From: a virus
Lineage: Duplodnaviria; Caudoviricetes
DNA: 41,149 nt
Reading direction: 5' to 3' (one strand)
Virus record (IMG/VR): IMGVR_UViG_3300032221_000083
Span: 1 to 41,149 of that record
In this document: one piece after another, positions 19,445 through 27,553 of the stretch
Layout: every line of letters starts with the position of its first letter
Position numbering within the stretch: position 1 is the stretch's first letter
The notes under the pieces: generated by a model
Told to the model about the DNA's origin: nothing
Databases searched by the model: none
What the model saw: the letters and a program-made list of their open reading frames with translations, nothing else
Translations under genes and position numbers: made by a program

Positions 19445-19670
19445 AGGCGGACTTGGTAAATGGTTCGGGGAAAAGTGGGTCGATGTAAAGACCGGCAAAC
19501 CCTGTGGCCGTTCGGGTTCCAAAGACAATCGTGGCTACCCAGCTTGTCGCCCTGCCGCTGCTTCTGCCAAGATGACTGCTTCTGAGAAGCGTTCGATGGC
19601 GGCTAAGAAAACAGGGCCAGAGCGTAAGTCTTGGCCTGTCTCTCCCTCAGGTAAAAGAAAGGGTAAATGA
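19437..19670 (+). CDS. small basic protein (DUF5872-like, C-terminal part)
   Basis: GLGKWFGEKWVDVKTGKPCGR...YPACRP motif. Confidence 0.7.
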   Translation: MAKGGLGKWFGEKWVDVKTGKPCGRSGSKDNRGYPACRPAAASAKMTASEKRSMAAKKTGPERKSWPVSPSGKRKGK

Positions 19671-19924
19671 TGGCTAAGACCCCAGCATGGCAACGTAAAG
19701 AAGGGAAGAACCCTAAGGGTGGGTTGAACGCCAAAGGGCGCGCTTCCTATAACGCCGCCAATCCGGGAAAGCCGGGGCTCAAAGCCCCCCAGCCTGAGGG
19801 TGGCCCCCGCAAGGACAGTTTTTGTGCTAGAATGTCTGGCATGAAAAAGAAACTGACTAGCAAGAAAACAGCTAACGATCCGAACTCTCGGATCAATAAA
19901 TCTCTGAGAGCTTGGAACTGCTGA
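19667..19924 (+). CDS. small basic protein (DUF6321-like)
   Basis: PAWQRKEGKNPKGGLNAKGRASY...SFCARM...DPNSRINKSLRAWNC. Confidence 0.75.
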   Translation: MMAKTPAWQRKEGKNPKGGLNAKGRASYNAANPGKPGLKAPQPEGGPRKDSFCARMSGMKKKLTSKKTANDPNSRINKSLRAWNC

Positions 19925-19925
19925 T

Positions 19926-20201
19926 ATGGCTGAAGGTGGACAAAAACGCGACCCTTCGTCGCACCGAACACCGGGCCAGATCAAGCGGCTCGACCGTGGC
20001 TATAACGCTTCGGAGGAGATGAAGAAGAAACGGGCGACGAACAACGCTGCCCGTGCCGAACTCATGAAAGAAGGCCGCGTTCGAAAGGGCGACGGTAAAG
20101 ATGTGGACCATAAAGTACCACTTCGCTCTGGTGGCGGTAACTCCAAGTCTAATCTTCGGGTAGTCCCAAAGTCTGTGAACCGGGCGTGGAGATCGAAATG
20201 A
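19926..20201 (+). CDS. small HNH endonuclease
   Basis: DVDHKVPLRSGGGNSKSNLRVVPKSVNR. Confidence 0.8.
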   Translation: MAEGGQKRDPSSHRTPGQIKRLDRGYNASEEMKKKRATNNAARAELMKEGRVRKGDGKDVDHKVPLRSGGGNSKSNLRVVPKSVNRAWRSK

Positions 20202-20815
20202 AATTTGCGGTCGTGAACAACATCCTTACCCTCGACGGTAAACCTGTCGCCCAGCGTAAAACTCCGAACATGGGAGGTACGCTGGTAAAGCCATCACTAT
20301 TGGTGATGCACTACACCGCTTCTCAAAAAGCAGCTGGGGCTATCGAATGGCTTTGTAACGCTGCAGCTAAAGCTTCGGCTCAATTAGTAATAGATATTGA
20401 TGGAACCGTTACGCAGCTTATGCCGCTCAACCGAGTGGCTTGGCACGCAGGTGTATCAAAGTGGAAAGGGAAGTCAGGGGTAAACTCGTCCTCTATTGGG
20501 ATTGAGATGGCGAATGCTGGGAGACTACAGCAGCTTGCAAACGGCAAGATAGCCGACGCATATGGGAAACCCTTCCCTGCGGATAAAGCGACAATGCGCT
20601 CGCACAAGCTAGAACCGGGGAAGGTTCGGCCATGGGCAATTTATCCGCAAATTCAGCAGGAGGTAGCTGTCGCTGTAGCGCAAGCTATACTTGCTGCGTA
20701 CCCTTCGATCAAAGAGATCGTTGGGCACGACGACATAGCTCCGGATCGGAAGCGCGATCCCGGCCCAGCGTGGCCGATGGAGAGCTTCCGCTCTATGGTA
20801 CAGGGGAGAATGTAA
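20198..20815 (+). CDS. endolysin, N-acetylmuramoyl-L-alanine amidase (Amidase_2)
   Basis: VMHYTA, ASAQLVI, VAWHAGVS, SIGIE, GHDDIAPDRKRDPGPAWP; ATG 20198 with GGAG RBS. Confidence 0.9.
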   Translation: MKFAVVNNILTLDGKPVAQRKTPNMGGTLVKPSLLVMHYTASQKAAGAIEWLCNAAAKASAQLVIDIDGTVTQLMPLNRVAWHAGVSKWKGKSGVNSSSIGIEMANAGRLQQLANGKIADAYGKPFPADKATMRSHKLEPGKVRPWAIYPQIQQEVAVAVAQAILAAYPSIKEIVGHDDIAPDRKRDPGPAWPMESFRSMVQGRM

Positions 20816-20838
20816 TAGTCGCCCTTGTTTTAGAGTGG

Positions 20839-20913
20839 ATGTTTTTGGCAGTTGCTGTACCATTATGTCTCATACTCATCTGCGTCTATTGGTGGGGAGA
20901 GAGGGACAAATGA
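20839..20913 (+). CDS. putative 24-aa single-TM peptide
   Basis: MFLAVAVPLCLILICVYWWGERDK, ATGA-coupled to next gene; weak RBS. Confidence 0.35.
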   Translation: MFLAVAVPLCLILICVYWWGERDK

Positions 20914-21053
20914 TACAAGAGACAGCCCGCTTCTTAATTCTCGCTGCCATTTTTTCGATGGCGCTGGTAGGTACTGCGTTTCTCGCCGGGTGCGAAAGCA
21001 CAAAGTATTACGAGTGTGTTTTGCGCGATAATACTCGCAATCCGTGTAACTGA
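20910..21053 (+). CDS. small lipoprotein
   Basis: RBS GAGGGA; hydrophobic stretch ending in lipobox LAGC; 20-aa mature part with two further Cys. Confidence 0.7.
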   Translation: MIQETARFLILAAIFSMALVGTAFLAGCESTKYYECVLRDNTRNPCN

Positions 21054-21166
21054 TGGACCCTCGGGTCGCATGGATTGTGTACGCGGTATCCGCCGCAGCT
21101 TCTGTGGCGTATAGCGCTAAGCTGTTGTTTATGTTAGGGCTATGGTTTAGGCACAACTTAGAATGA
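21053..21166 (+). CDS. 37-aa membrane peptide, not in ORF track
   Basis: MDPRVAWIVYAVSAAASVAYSAKLLFMLGLWFRHNLE; TGATG coupling. Confidence 0.5.
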   Translation: MDPRVAWIVYAVSAAASVAYSAKLLFMLGLWFRHNLE

Positions 21167-21174
21167 TGGAGAGC

Positions 21175-21357
21175 ATGATGCTTACAGGATACAGGACATA
21201 TATTGTTGCAATTCTCACCGCCGTCTTCGGCGTTCTCTCCACCACTGATTGGGTTAAGTTTCTTGATGACCCAAAAGCTGGATGGTCAATTGTTGCAATG
21301 TCTATTGTGATGGCGATCATGCGCTCGATTACATCAACCCCACCAACACAGAAATGA
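21175..21357 (+). CDS. holin-like protein (2 TM)
   Basis: GYRTYIV N-terminus, two TM helices, MRSITSTP tail; located in lysis cassette. Confidence 0.65.
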   Translation: MMLTGYRTYIVAILTAVFGVLSTTDWVKFLDDPKAGWSIVAMSIVMAIMRSITSTPPTQK

Positions 21358-21590
21358 TTACTATTATACTCACACTTATCAGCAGCATGTTTACCGCTGC
21401 TGGTAAGCTTTTCGAGTGGCTTTATGCTGCCAAATTGGTAGACGCTGGTAAAACACAAGCGCAATTAGAAGCTCTACGGAACCAAGTCCATGAAGCCCAA
21501 ATCGCCATCGCTGCTCGTGAAGCTGTCCGTGCTCACATCATTGCCAATGATGGCAAGCTGCCAGACGACGACCCCTTCCTTAGAGACTAA
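21354..21590 (+). CDS. i-spanin (Rz-like)
   Basis: N-terminal hydrophobic anchor, helical body, DDPFLRD end; overlapped by a lipoprotein gene. Confidence 0.65.
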   Translation: MITIILTLISSMFTAAGKLFEWLYAAKLVDAGKTQAQLEALRNQVHEAQIAIAAREAVRAHIIANDGKLPDDDPFLRD

Positions 21591-21720
21591 TGGAGCTACG
21601 TTTTGCCAATCTGCCAGAGCGATCTACTACTCTCGGCACGACACAAAGCCAACGATTGCCCAAATCCGAGAGCACAATGCGGTCGGAATAGCTCTCAAGT
21701 GCGGGTGGGTGAAAAAATGA
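21490..21720 (+). CDS. o-spanin (Rz1-like lipoprotein)
   Basis: Starts inside Rz in another frame; lipobox MASC; FCQ...DT..TI.QI.EHN....CGW. Confidence 0.75.
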   Translation: MKPKSPSLLVKLSVLTSLPMMASCQTTTPSLETNGATFCQSARAIYYSRHDTKPTIAQIREHNAVGIALKCGWVKK

Positions 21721-22016
21721 TAAGTGATGAAGCCAAGGCGCTCTTCGATGAATTATGGAGATATGTAGCTCCATTCCTTGGTCCCGCTGGCGGTGCAACT
21801 GTTGGGTATATTGCCGCACGTCACAAGATCAAAGCAGAAGCGCACAAGCTAGATATCGAAGCTGACGCTGTACAATTGGATAGTATAACTAGGCACTTCC
21901 AAGCTTTGATCGAGGGGTATGAGACGAGAGTAAAAGACCTCACTGATGAGATCGAACAGCTTCGCGAAGAAGTAAGACAGCTTCGCCAAGCTTTAGATAA
22001 ACGCCCCCGAGTTTAA
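21717..22016 (+). CDS. membrane-anchored coiled-coil protein (lysis-cassette associated)
   Basis: ATGA coupling at 21717; hydrophobic Gly-rich segment then heptad-rich C-terminus. Confidence 0.6.
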   Translation: MISDEAKALFDELWRYVAPFLGPAGGATVGYIAARHKIKAEAHKLDIEADAVQLDSITRHFQALIEGYETRVKDLTDEIEQLREEVRQLRQALDKRPRV

Positions 22017-22315
22017 TACCTCCTTCTCCATCTATGCCTATTCCCTTTTCGAGGGGTTTTATCTTCTTCTGGTTCTGCCTTCTGCTGATCTTCGCATTTC
22101 TCTTTAACAATGATAGGGTCTGGCACCATACATTGTTTCTCTTGGACTACGGGCTTTAATACATAAGAAGTCACTGGCTTCTCTGCGACTTTATACAAAT
22201 AGCATTTGTCCGCCAGCTGCAGGTCCGGAGTATATATGGAGAATAAGACCCAGCCGAAACATATACCTGCACCGGCTGCCAAAGTCCCATACCAAAAAAG
22301 ATAAGTTCTGCTCAT
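22013..22315 (-). CDS. hypothetical membrane-anchored protein
   Basis: N-terminal TM, basic C-terminus; RBS GAGG. Confidence 0.55.
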   Translation of the reverse strand: MSRTYLFWYGTLAAGAGICFGWVLFSIYTPDLQLADKCYLYKVAEKPVTSYVLKPVVQEKQCMVPDPIIVKEKCEDQQKAEPEEDKTPRKGNRHRWRRRY

Positions 22316-22542
22316 GACTTCCTCTTTTTACGTGTACGAAGATCAAGCCTAATATCCTGACCTAAACAACGCCAACGTAAACCCAGTTTGATTTTTGAGA
22401 TGTGTTGTTGATCTACGCCAAAACTATACGCAATTACTTTTTGTCTTTCTCCCATGCGTATGCGTTCAATAATCTGAACCACATCTGCGGTAGTAAGTCG
22501 GCAGTTGGGATGTTGTTCTCCACGAGTTCCTGTGGGTTTCAC
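22312..22542 (-). CDS. stand-alone HTH protein resembling the DNA-binding tail of HNH homing endonucleases
   Basis: GEQHPNCRLTTADV..I...GERQKVIAYSFGVDQQHISKIKLGLRW; RBS GAGGAG. Confidence 0.65.
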   Translation of the reverse strand: MKPTGTRGEQHPNCRLTTADVVQIIERIRMGERQKVIAYSFGVDQQHISKIKLGLRWRCLGQDIRLDLRTRKKRKS

Positions 22543-22552
22543 TTGTATCTCC

Positions 22553-23221
22553 TCACCTGCGTTTCGGTGGTATCCAAACTATCTTGTGGTGATACTCACA
22601 GTATGAAGAACTAGCTTGCACGATGCTTCCACAAAACATATGCGTGTCATTCTTTCTACCTATTGGGTAGCGGCATTGATTGTTTTTCAAGTTCAACAAA
22701 GAAGTTATTCCCTCGTCGTCGTTTCCAAACATCGTTTTCATAATACGCCCTACCTTCGAGGGTAAGGTTACTCCAGCGGCTATTGGCTTACCGGGCTGGT
22801 TGGTAATATTCATCGCTGGATTAGTTTTGTTTTTCTCTACTGCTTTAACCTGATAGGCTATTGTGTTTATTTGACTTGCAGTTAGATTGTATTTTTCTGC
22901 CAGCTTTTTACGTATCGCTAAAGAGTTGTTGTTCTCTATAAGCTCTTGCGCTATCAATTTTCGCTGGGCGTTATCTAATTTCTTTTCTTCTATAGGGGTA
23001 GAAAAGTATTCAGCTAAGCGTTCTGGTGGCCAACGCATTACTACTTTAGGAACATTTATTCCACGCTCTCGCATTCGAAACGCTACTCCAGCTACAACGC
23101 CTCTACCTATCCCCATTTGTTGGTAGATATCAACTGGAGGTACGCCAGCTAGTAATAGTTCTTCTATTCTAAGCGTTCGCTTCGATTGTGTCCCCTTCGG
23201 GTTCGGGTTCTTGTAAGTCAT
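22553..23221 (-). CDS. gcrA: GcrA-family cell-cycle regulator
   Basis: N-terminal HTH-like IYQQMGIGRGVVAGVAFRM and C-terminal LLNLKNNQCRYPIG...FCG...SYCEYH signature; ATG 23221 has RBS GGAGA. Confidence 0.8.
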   Translation of the reverse strand: MTYKNPNPKGTQSKRTLRIEELLLAGVPPVDIYQQMGIGRGVVAGVAFRMRERGINVPKVVMRWPPERLAEYFSTPIEEKKLDNAQRKLIAQELIENNNSLAIRKKLAEKYNLTASQINTIAYQVKAVEKNKTNPAMNITNQPGKPIAAGVTLPSKVGRIMKTMFGNDDEGITSLLNLKNNQCRYPIGRKNDTHMFCGSIVQASSSYCEYHHKIVWIPPKRR

Positions 23222-26102
23222 CACTATCTCCACTTGCATAAGCCGCTAGATCGGTTCCGGCTAAATCTATTTGGATAAGATATTCTGAAGTTACTGTTGT
23301 GAACTGAGTACCTGCGCCTAAGATGCCGACGACTGGTTTCATGCCGTATTGCTTACTCAGGGCTTGATTAAATAGCTGCCTAGACACCCCCTTCTTTCCT
23401 AACCATTCAGTAAAGTATGACGTACTGAACCTTGCAATTTTATCTTCAGCGCCGAACTGAAGATGTACGCTCTCCAGCTTTGATGTGTCGCGCTCCACTT
23501 TATAAAAGTCTTTGCGCGGCTTACCTTTGGATATGTGTATGCGGTTCGTATAGAGCGTATGCCGTGAAGCTGCTTTAAAAAACTGCGTCATGGTCGATGT
23601 CACGTTGTCCTTATTAGTTAGGTCAACATGTGTATCCTTACGAAGGTTTCGCATATTCTTTAGCGTCTTAAGCATGAGCTTGTTGATGGCGATCTCGTCA
23701 AAATTGGTGTAGCCGAGACGGTTAGCAAATGTTGCGCCCATACACACGCATGTCATAGTAGCGATCCAGAACCGCTCATCTTGCTGAGCGTTCACTGCTT
23801 TCCATAGCTTCTTAGCAAACTCGCTAACTTCCTCTTGGATTTCTTTTCTATTAGCTCCCAGCCATTGGGCGTAGCGCAATCCGATATGTCCATAATTATT
23901 ATCTAGTTTAGCAGACATGTGCTGAGCATCTACTTCGTGTATCTTACTTTTCGCGGTAGACTTTGGCACAGCAACTTCAAAGATACGAAAGATACCAGCA
24001 GTTGTTGTCTTCGTTTGCGATGTAATGTAGTCGATCAGAGTATCATTTGATGCAGATACCATGAGCGTTTTCCAGCCGCCCGTTTCTCTCTGTGTAATAT
24101 CCGATGTCATGCGAGAACGCTCACGGCCTCGCGTAAGACTGAATATAAGCTGCGTAAACTTTGTCGCAGCTTCTTCGGTCTGTAATTCATCCCAATACAG
24201 CGGCAGGGATTTGAGCGCCCCCATGCGGTTCATAACACTGACGGATGTGTCGTCAACACCCTGCAGCGCATTGATCGGGTGCCCCCAAACAGAGCATCCA
24301 ATTTTCAGAGCAGTAGATTTACCTACGCCGCTTTCTTGGCTGTAGTTAGAATACAAAGCACCAGCGGGGTGGCCAGTTAGTGCGATCAGCGGAGCCCCGA
24401 ACGCTGTTGCAACTAGCGCTTCTAACTCTGGTCTTCCTTCAATCAGTGCAAGGCTATCGAACCACGGCTGGATATCACCCTTTGGCGTGTAATGCTTTTG
24501 AATGATCGGATCAGATATGGCAGAAGGTCTATCCCCTTTCTCCGTCCACATACGCCCACCAAAACTAAATCCTTCTATGCCGCCGCTATCACCGTCATGC
24601 CAACCGAAAGGAGCATTCGAGACGGTCGCATCTTTCAAGGTCTGAAGATGAGCGATCCAACCCATGAAAAATTCCCTCGCTGCTTTTTGTTGGTAATCTT
24701 TGATCATCATTCCCTGCGTTTGCAGGGTTTTGAATAGTTGATCTTTTGTGACGTTGGCATTTGGTAGCATAACCACCGTCTCAGTAAGACCAATCTTTAC
24801 TGTGAAGTGTAGTACCCATGGGTCACGCTTCAACCATGGCTCTCTTACAGGGTAATCAAAGACACGTACCGGGGTCTGGCCACCTTGCATATCTACTACG
24901 ATCTTCGATACGAAATTGTCAGCGTCTCGAACATACCCCTCAGGTAAGTCCACTGTTGGGACATACACGGCTGGAGCAGTTGAATACTTATTCACCACAA
25001 AGTTGAAGGGTGATTTACCATCTTTGACATGGATACATTTCTTGCAGAGAGTGCATCCTGCGTTCTGAATGGCAGCGCAGCTTGGCCAACCTAAGTCTTT
25101 CTGTCTTTGATCAGAGACTGCACGGTCATACTTCTCATCTACAGATGCTTCATCATAGTCTGCATGGCCAGACGACATATTGTGTGCGTCATTACGCCCA
25201 CCTTCAGTGAACACAGCTACCATTAAGGACGAACGCCATAACGGCTCTTGGAAATCCTTACCTCCAGTGGTAAGCGCCTGTTCCACAAATGGGCAGACTG
25301 CTGCGACGTCTGTGATGTGTGGTCGTTTTGCTACAGGGATACCCGCAGCGAGTTCGTCGTCCTCTTGCAGCGGAGTAAGCTGCGGGAGATTAGCCACCAT
25401 ACTAACTGCGTTATTTGCAGACGCTCTTGGTGCTACTTTGTAAGGCTCTAGCTTGTCTTTTAGTTCATCCAGATCATAGGTAGCGCCTTCGACCATGCGC
25501 AATATACGGCATTCAACATGCGGCTCATGCTTTAAGTTCATTGTTCCCGGCGTACGCAAAATACGGCATCGGTCAACAGTGACTTGTGTATCGCATTTTA
25601 AATCATGTTGTCTCGTGGCTTCGGCAAGTGCATCAGCGACAGGTTGCCAGTCATCAGGGCTTACCTCAGAGGTAAGCGGCCAGTAAAAGTGTAATCCATG
25701 TCCTGTATCAACGATAATCGAAGCTGGCGGAAAGCCACTGTCTTTTAAAAATTGTGCATAGGCTGGCAGTATTTCTTTCTTGTTGGAATATGACTTACCT
25801 TCACCAGCATCGATATCAAGAAACAAAGATTTGATAGCTGTTATATTTGTACCTAATCGATTAGCTTTCTTACCGTTCGCTGTAAGCTGTGAGCTTACAC
25901 AATGATAGACACCGCTATGGGCAGCGATACGATTGGCCCATTTAGACGCACCAATAAGTTCATCAACGCCTTTATACGCGCGGCCAGCTAACCCCTTACG
26001 TCCTTCAATATCGAAGCCCCAGTGAATACTCAGGTGGTCGCCAGTGGAGACAGGAAGAATGGCGTTAAAAAATCTACGCAGGTCATCATCGGTGTGGTTC
26101 AT
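23169..26102 (-). CDS. primase (RepB/AEP-like)-DUF927 helicase fusion
   Basis: FLDIDAG, TGHGLHFYW and RILRTPGT primase motifs; Cys cluster C..IQ..GC..C..C; SGVGKST Walker A and YWDE Walker B. Confidence 0.85.
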   Translation of the reverse strand: MNHTDDDLRRFFNAILPVSTGDHLSIHWGFDIEGRKGLAGRAYKGVDELIGASKWANRIAAHSGVYHCVSSQLTANGKKANRLGTNITAIKSLFLDIDAGEGKSYSNKKEILPAYAQFLKDSGFPPASIIVDTGHGLHFYWPLTSEVSPDDWQPVADALAEATRQHDLKCDTQVTVDRCRILRTPGTMNLKHEPHVECRILRMVEGATYDLDELKDKLEPYKVAPRASANNAVSMVANLPQLTPLQEDDELAAGIPVAKRPHITDVAAVCPFVEQALTTGGKDFQEPLWRSSLMVAVFTEGGRNDAHNMSSGHADYDEASVDEKYDRAVSDQRQKDLGWPSCAAIQNAGCTLCKKCIHVKDGKSPFNFVVNKYSTAPAVYVPTVDLPEGYVRDADNFVSKIVVDMQGGQTPVRVFDYPVREPWLKRDPWVLHFTVKIGLTETVVMLPNANVTKDQLFKTLQTQGMMIKDYQQKAAREFFMGWIAHLQTLKDATVSNAPFGWHDGDSGGIEGFSFGGRMWTEKGDRPSAISDPIIQKHYTPKGDIQPWFDSLALIEGRPELEALVATAFGAPLIALTGHPAGALYSNYSQESGVGKSTALKIGCSVWGHPINALQGVDDTSVSVMNRMGALKSLPLYWDELQTEEAATKFTQLIFSLTRGRERSRMTSDITQRETGGWKTLMVSASNDTLIDYITSQTKTTTAGIFRIFEVAVPKSTAKSKIHEVDAQHMSAKLDNNYGHIGLRYAQWLGANRKEIQEEVSEFAKKLWKAVNAQQDERFWIATMTCVCMGATFANRLGYTNFDEIAINKLMLKTLKNMRNLRKDTHVDLTNKDNVTSTMTQFFKAASRHTLYTNRIHISKGKPRKDFYKVERDTSKLESVHLQFGAEDKIARFSTSYFTEWLGKKGVSRQLFNQALSKQYGMKPVVGILGAGTQFTTVTSEYLIQIDLAGTDLAAYASGDSDDLQEPEPEGDTIEANA

Positions 26103-26122
26103 TTTCTTAATCCTGCAGGGTG

Positions 26123-26150
26123 AAAAAGCCGGGGGTGATCACCCCCGGCT
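26123..26150 (-). terminator. intrinsic terminator after the SSB-like gene
   Basis: Perfect 24-bp palindrome AGCCGGGGGTGATCACCCCCGGCT (26127-26150) followed by a U-run on the minus strand. Confidence 0.75.
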
Positions 26151-26158
26151 AACCCACG

Positions 26159-27142
26159 TTAGCGCTTTGGTAGCAGCGCATCAAGCTGTGCGTCCAGATC
26201 GTCATCAAATGTAATGTCGTCTTCAATCTGAACCGTCTCAATAACCTTCTCGACAACCTGTTCAACTACAGGGGGAGGAGGCGCTGCTTTCTTGGGAGCA
26301 GCTACTTTAGGCTTAGTCGCTTCCACTTTTGGAAATGGTTTAGGCGCTTCCACCTTTGGCGCAACTTCTACTGGCGGCTCTGAAAAGAAAGACGTAGCAG
26401 CTTCAGTAGTTACCGGCTCGTCAGAAGATATTTCCTCCTGCAGGATACGATCAATCTGTGGGCTGTTACGTAGATCAAGTACGACCTGCGCTTCGTCATC
26501 TTTCAGAGGGCGTATTGCACTGAACTTCAGCTTTGGATACGCCTGATCAGCATCGAAAGAAATCTTCGTCGCAATCGCAAAGGTTTTGAACCCAGCGTTC
26601 TTGGCCATCTGCGCATACATCGCCATGTCATTCAGTGACGCAGCAGGAACCCGAAGCAGCATAGGGCCGCCATAGGTCTCGTTGTGTAAGTCACCAACTG
26701 GCGTGACTGCAATGCGTTTCGTATCGCTACATGCTTTGCCTTTCTTACCTGACGGGGTAATCCGTGAACCGAACTGGTTCTTAGGGCAGAGCGCGCATGT
26801 CTTAGACTGCGCCTTCTTGCTGCTAGGATCGGGAGTAAGACCGTTCGTGGAGAAGCAATCTGGAGCTTCAACAGAACCTTCCTCATACCCACGCTCGTAC
26901 CAGAACTTGGCTACATGCTCAGACGACTTCAAAATAACTACATCAACAGAGCCACGAGGGCCATCGCCATCATCGCGCATAAGCGGAAATACTTCGCCGC
27001 GATAGCGGATCGACCATGTTTTCCCCTTAAAGCCCAAGATAGGAAAGCCGGTTTTAATACCGGCTGTGATTGCGTTATCGTCGTCTTCATCAGCAAAGAC
27101 GTTAGAGATTTTACCAAAGTTACCAGAGATTAGTTCACCCAT
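26159..27142 (-). CDS. putative ssDNA-binding protein
   Basis: PDCFS.NG..PD...CALCPKNQFGS...GKAC...RIAV, LRVPAASL; Pro/Ala linker and acidic C-terminal tail; strong RBS AGGAGG. Confidence 0.7.
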   Translation of the reverse strand: MGELISGNFGKISNVFADEDDDNAITAGIKTGFPILGFKGKTWSIRYRGEVFPLMRDDGDGPRGSVDVVILKSSEHVAKFWYERGYEEGSVEAPDCFSTNGLTPDPSSKKAQSKTCALCPKNQFGSRITPSGKKGKACSDTKRIAVTPVGDLHNETYGGPMLLRVPAASLNDMAMYAQMAKNAGFKTFAIATKISFDADQAYPKLKFSAIRPLKDDEAQVVLDLRNSPQIDRILQEEISSDEPVTTEAATSFFSEPPVEVAPKVEAPKPFPKVEATKPKVAAPKKAAPPPPVVEQVVEKVIETVQIEDDITFDDDLDAQLDALLPKR

Positions 27143-27151
27143 TGTATCCTC

Positions 27152-27541
27152 CTATGATTTACGTTGGACGCCAATAGTCAACCGAGTTGAAAAATTACAA
27201 CCGGGTGGCGGTGCTTCATGCTCGTTAATGAAATCCTCAACAGCAGTTACGTTAGCCTTACGATCAAGTAAGTCCCACGCATTGTTTTTAATAACGTACT
27301 CCATAAACGCAGCAGGGTCAGCGAGAGACGCAGATTTACGTGGAGTAATATACATTGTACCCGCGTTAGTGCTGATGCTATTTGAGTTTGTTGCTTGGAT
27401 ATACTCCAACATTTGCGCTTCCAGCTTTTCTTTCAGCGCTGTTAGTGGACGCTTTCTATCCGCATGTTCATCATCCATACGTTTTAGTTCGTCTCGTAAT
27501 TGAACGTATTGCGAGACGCGCTTTTCTGCATCGAATGTCAT
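27152..27541 (-). CDS. conserved replication-module hypothetical protein
   Basis: YVQLRD coiled coil, T.AGT, WDLL, PPPG motifs. Confidence 0.65.
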   Translation of the reverse strand: MTFDAEKRVSQYVQLRDELKRMDDEHADRKRPLTALKEKLEAQMLEYIQATNSNSISTNAGTMYITPRKSASLADPAAFMEYVIKNNAWDLLDRKANVTAVEDFINEHEAPPPGCNFSTRLTIGVQRKS

Positions 27542-27553
27542 AGTGTGGTTCTC

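Noticed and set aside
20632-20913. 93-aa ORF overlapping the amidase
   Set aside because: Mostly an out-of-frame overlap; only the final 24-aa hydrophobic part is plausible
26127-26150. Perfect 24-bp palindrome as a replication origin
   Set aside because: Its position just after the SSB stop and the U-run fit a terminator; no iterons or AT-rich unwinding region nearby
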